64,000 bases of DNA. Source: Callorhinchus milii (taxonomy: Eukaryota). Position numbers and translations under genes: made by a program. This document shows, in pieces, positions 62,631-64,000 of this stretch (its first letter is position 1; each line of letters opens with the position of its first letter). Below the pieces are notes generated by a model, which was given only the letters and a program-made list of their open reading frames with translations, was not told where the DNA came from and ran no database searches. The stretch lies in assembly GCF_018977255.1 (NCBI RefSeq), contig NW_024704743.1:14634001-14698000 (forward strand), given 5' to 3'.

Positions 62631-63424
62631 TGAGTCATCAACAAATTGGAAGTCTAAATTTTTCATTATAGGTTTGTATTATGATCAGTTACCCAGGTCA
62701 CCCACCCAATACCCACCAATATTTTGGATAAAACTTCCATTGCTTTATTCAACCTTTAGGACAAGCAGTGGCTTATTACTTAAAAACATAGCACAAAAAG
62801 GGAATAATTGGAAAGGCAATTGACTAAACACGACATCAGGGGAGAGCTTGGTGCTTTGTGTTTTGATGAATTACAGTTTGAAACAGATTAAATGATTGTG
62901 TGTCCAAAGTGTCAAAACAGATGAGTTGGATGTGAATAATTTCCTACACTACAAGCAACCAGACACTCACAGGTGCCTTGAAATGAAGATATCCTCCAAG
63001 TCTGTAGATCAGAATTCAAATTGGCAACATCAGCGAGGAAAAGATCAATACTTATTCTAAAGTAGACTGACTATGTAATTGAGGTAAAAATGTGCTTCAC
63101 AAGTCGATGCTAGCCCCAGGAAAACTATTGATTTTTCTTATGGGCGTTTGCAAAATAAATGTTCTATTCCCTTAATGTTTCTTTAAATGGCCAACTTCCT
63201 CATGTAGAAAGTATTATAATCTAATAATGATAATCTTTTCATTTGATAAGGCAACTCATCACATCGTCAAACATGTCTAACTTTTGTAGGTAAATACAAC
63301 ATTCAATTTGCACACAGCAATGCCCCACAAACAGTCATATACAGTAAGTAACAAACATTCTCCATGGTTACGATACAATGCATCAAAGCAGTAATAAAAA
63401 TAGACCAAAGAGTATTTGTTGTCC

Positions 63425-63640
63425 CACATCACTCACCATGGCCAAACAGTGTGAGACAGCAATAAATAAGGCAAACAGGATGTTGGGCTACACTGCCAAG
63501 TCCAGATGTGTTCAGTCACGCTGAAGGCTATAAATGTTTTTTTTAGGTCACACCTGGAGTACTGCACACCATTTTTGTCACCTTAACATAAAATGAACTA
63601 TCTAAACCCCAAAAGCAATGGAGTTGAAAGCTATGAGATT
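63425..63640 (+). mobile_element. CR1 LINE fragment, old
   Basis: AINKANRMLGY-like and RSHLEYC-like blocks. Confidence 0.65.
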
Positions 63641-63654
63641 CCCGGTGTTTGAAG

Positions 63655-64000
63655 AACAACAAGTTAACAACAATGACAACTTGCACTATATTGCTTCCTC
63701 CAAGCAGGGTAGCATCTTAGAGTGCTTAACAGTGGCAGAGGCTGACTTTGAGCTGGGGATGGGGGAGGTGGTCATAACCACAATCGAAGAGGAAGGTAAG
63801 GTTTGGGTATTTGGGGTTAAGTATGGTGGGGGGAGGTGGAAGAAGGCGGTCCTGGCCAGGGACCGGATGTGGGGGATGAAGGACAGCTGGGGGTCGAACC
63901 AGATGCCTAGATTGCACAACTGGTTCGGTGAGTGTAAGGGAGAGCCTAGGGAGGTTGAGGAGTTCAGATTCACAGGAGTGAATACGTTTGCGGGAATCAA
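63655..64000 (-). mobile_element. L2 LINE 3' fragment (runs off window)
   Basis: NLGIWFDPQLSFIPHIRSLARTAFFHL; (TTG)n tail. Confidence 0.88.

Overview
AT-rich eukaryotic (vertebrate) non-coding DNA, most likely a large intron or intergenic tract. The repeat complement points to a cartilaginous fish (inference): tRNA-derived SINEs with L2-type tails, Deu-domain SINEs, an LF-SINE-like copy, L2 and CR1 LINEs, and Penelope terminal fragments. I found no host protein-coding exon I can support. All recognisable protein similarity comes from decayed transposons: one internally deleted Helitron (~50.06-52.79 kb), one near-full-length L2 LINE (~57.6-60.86 kb) and many L2/CR1 fragments. The most interesting signals are: (i) two Penelope-type terminal repeats carrying minimal hammerhead-ribozyme motifs; (ii) the Helitron, which has lost its catalytic core; (iii) an unnamed dispersed repeat present four times, one copy ending in the shared SINE/L2 tail; (iv) several isolated hairpins/palindromes; (v) repeat-poor islands with possible non-coding exons or enhancers. 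I cannot claim a new biological system from this sequence alone. Repeat boundaries were judged by eye and are approximate, and family names rest on recalled consensus motifs rather than database searches.
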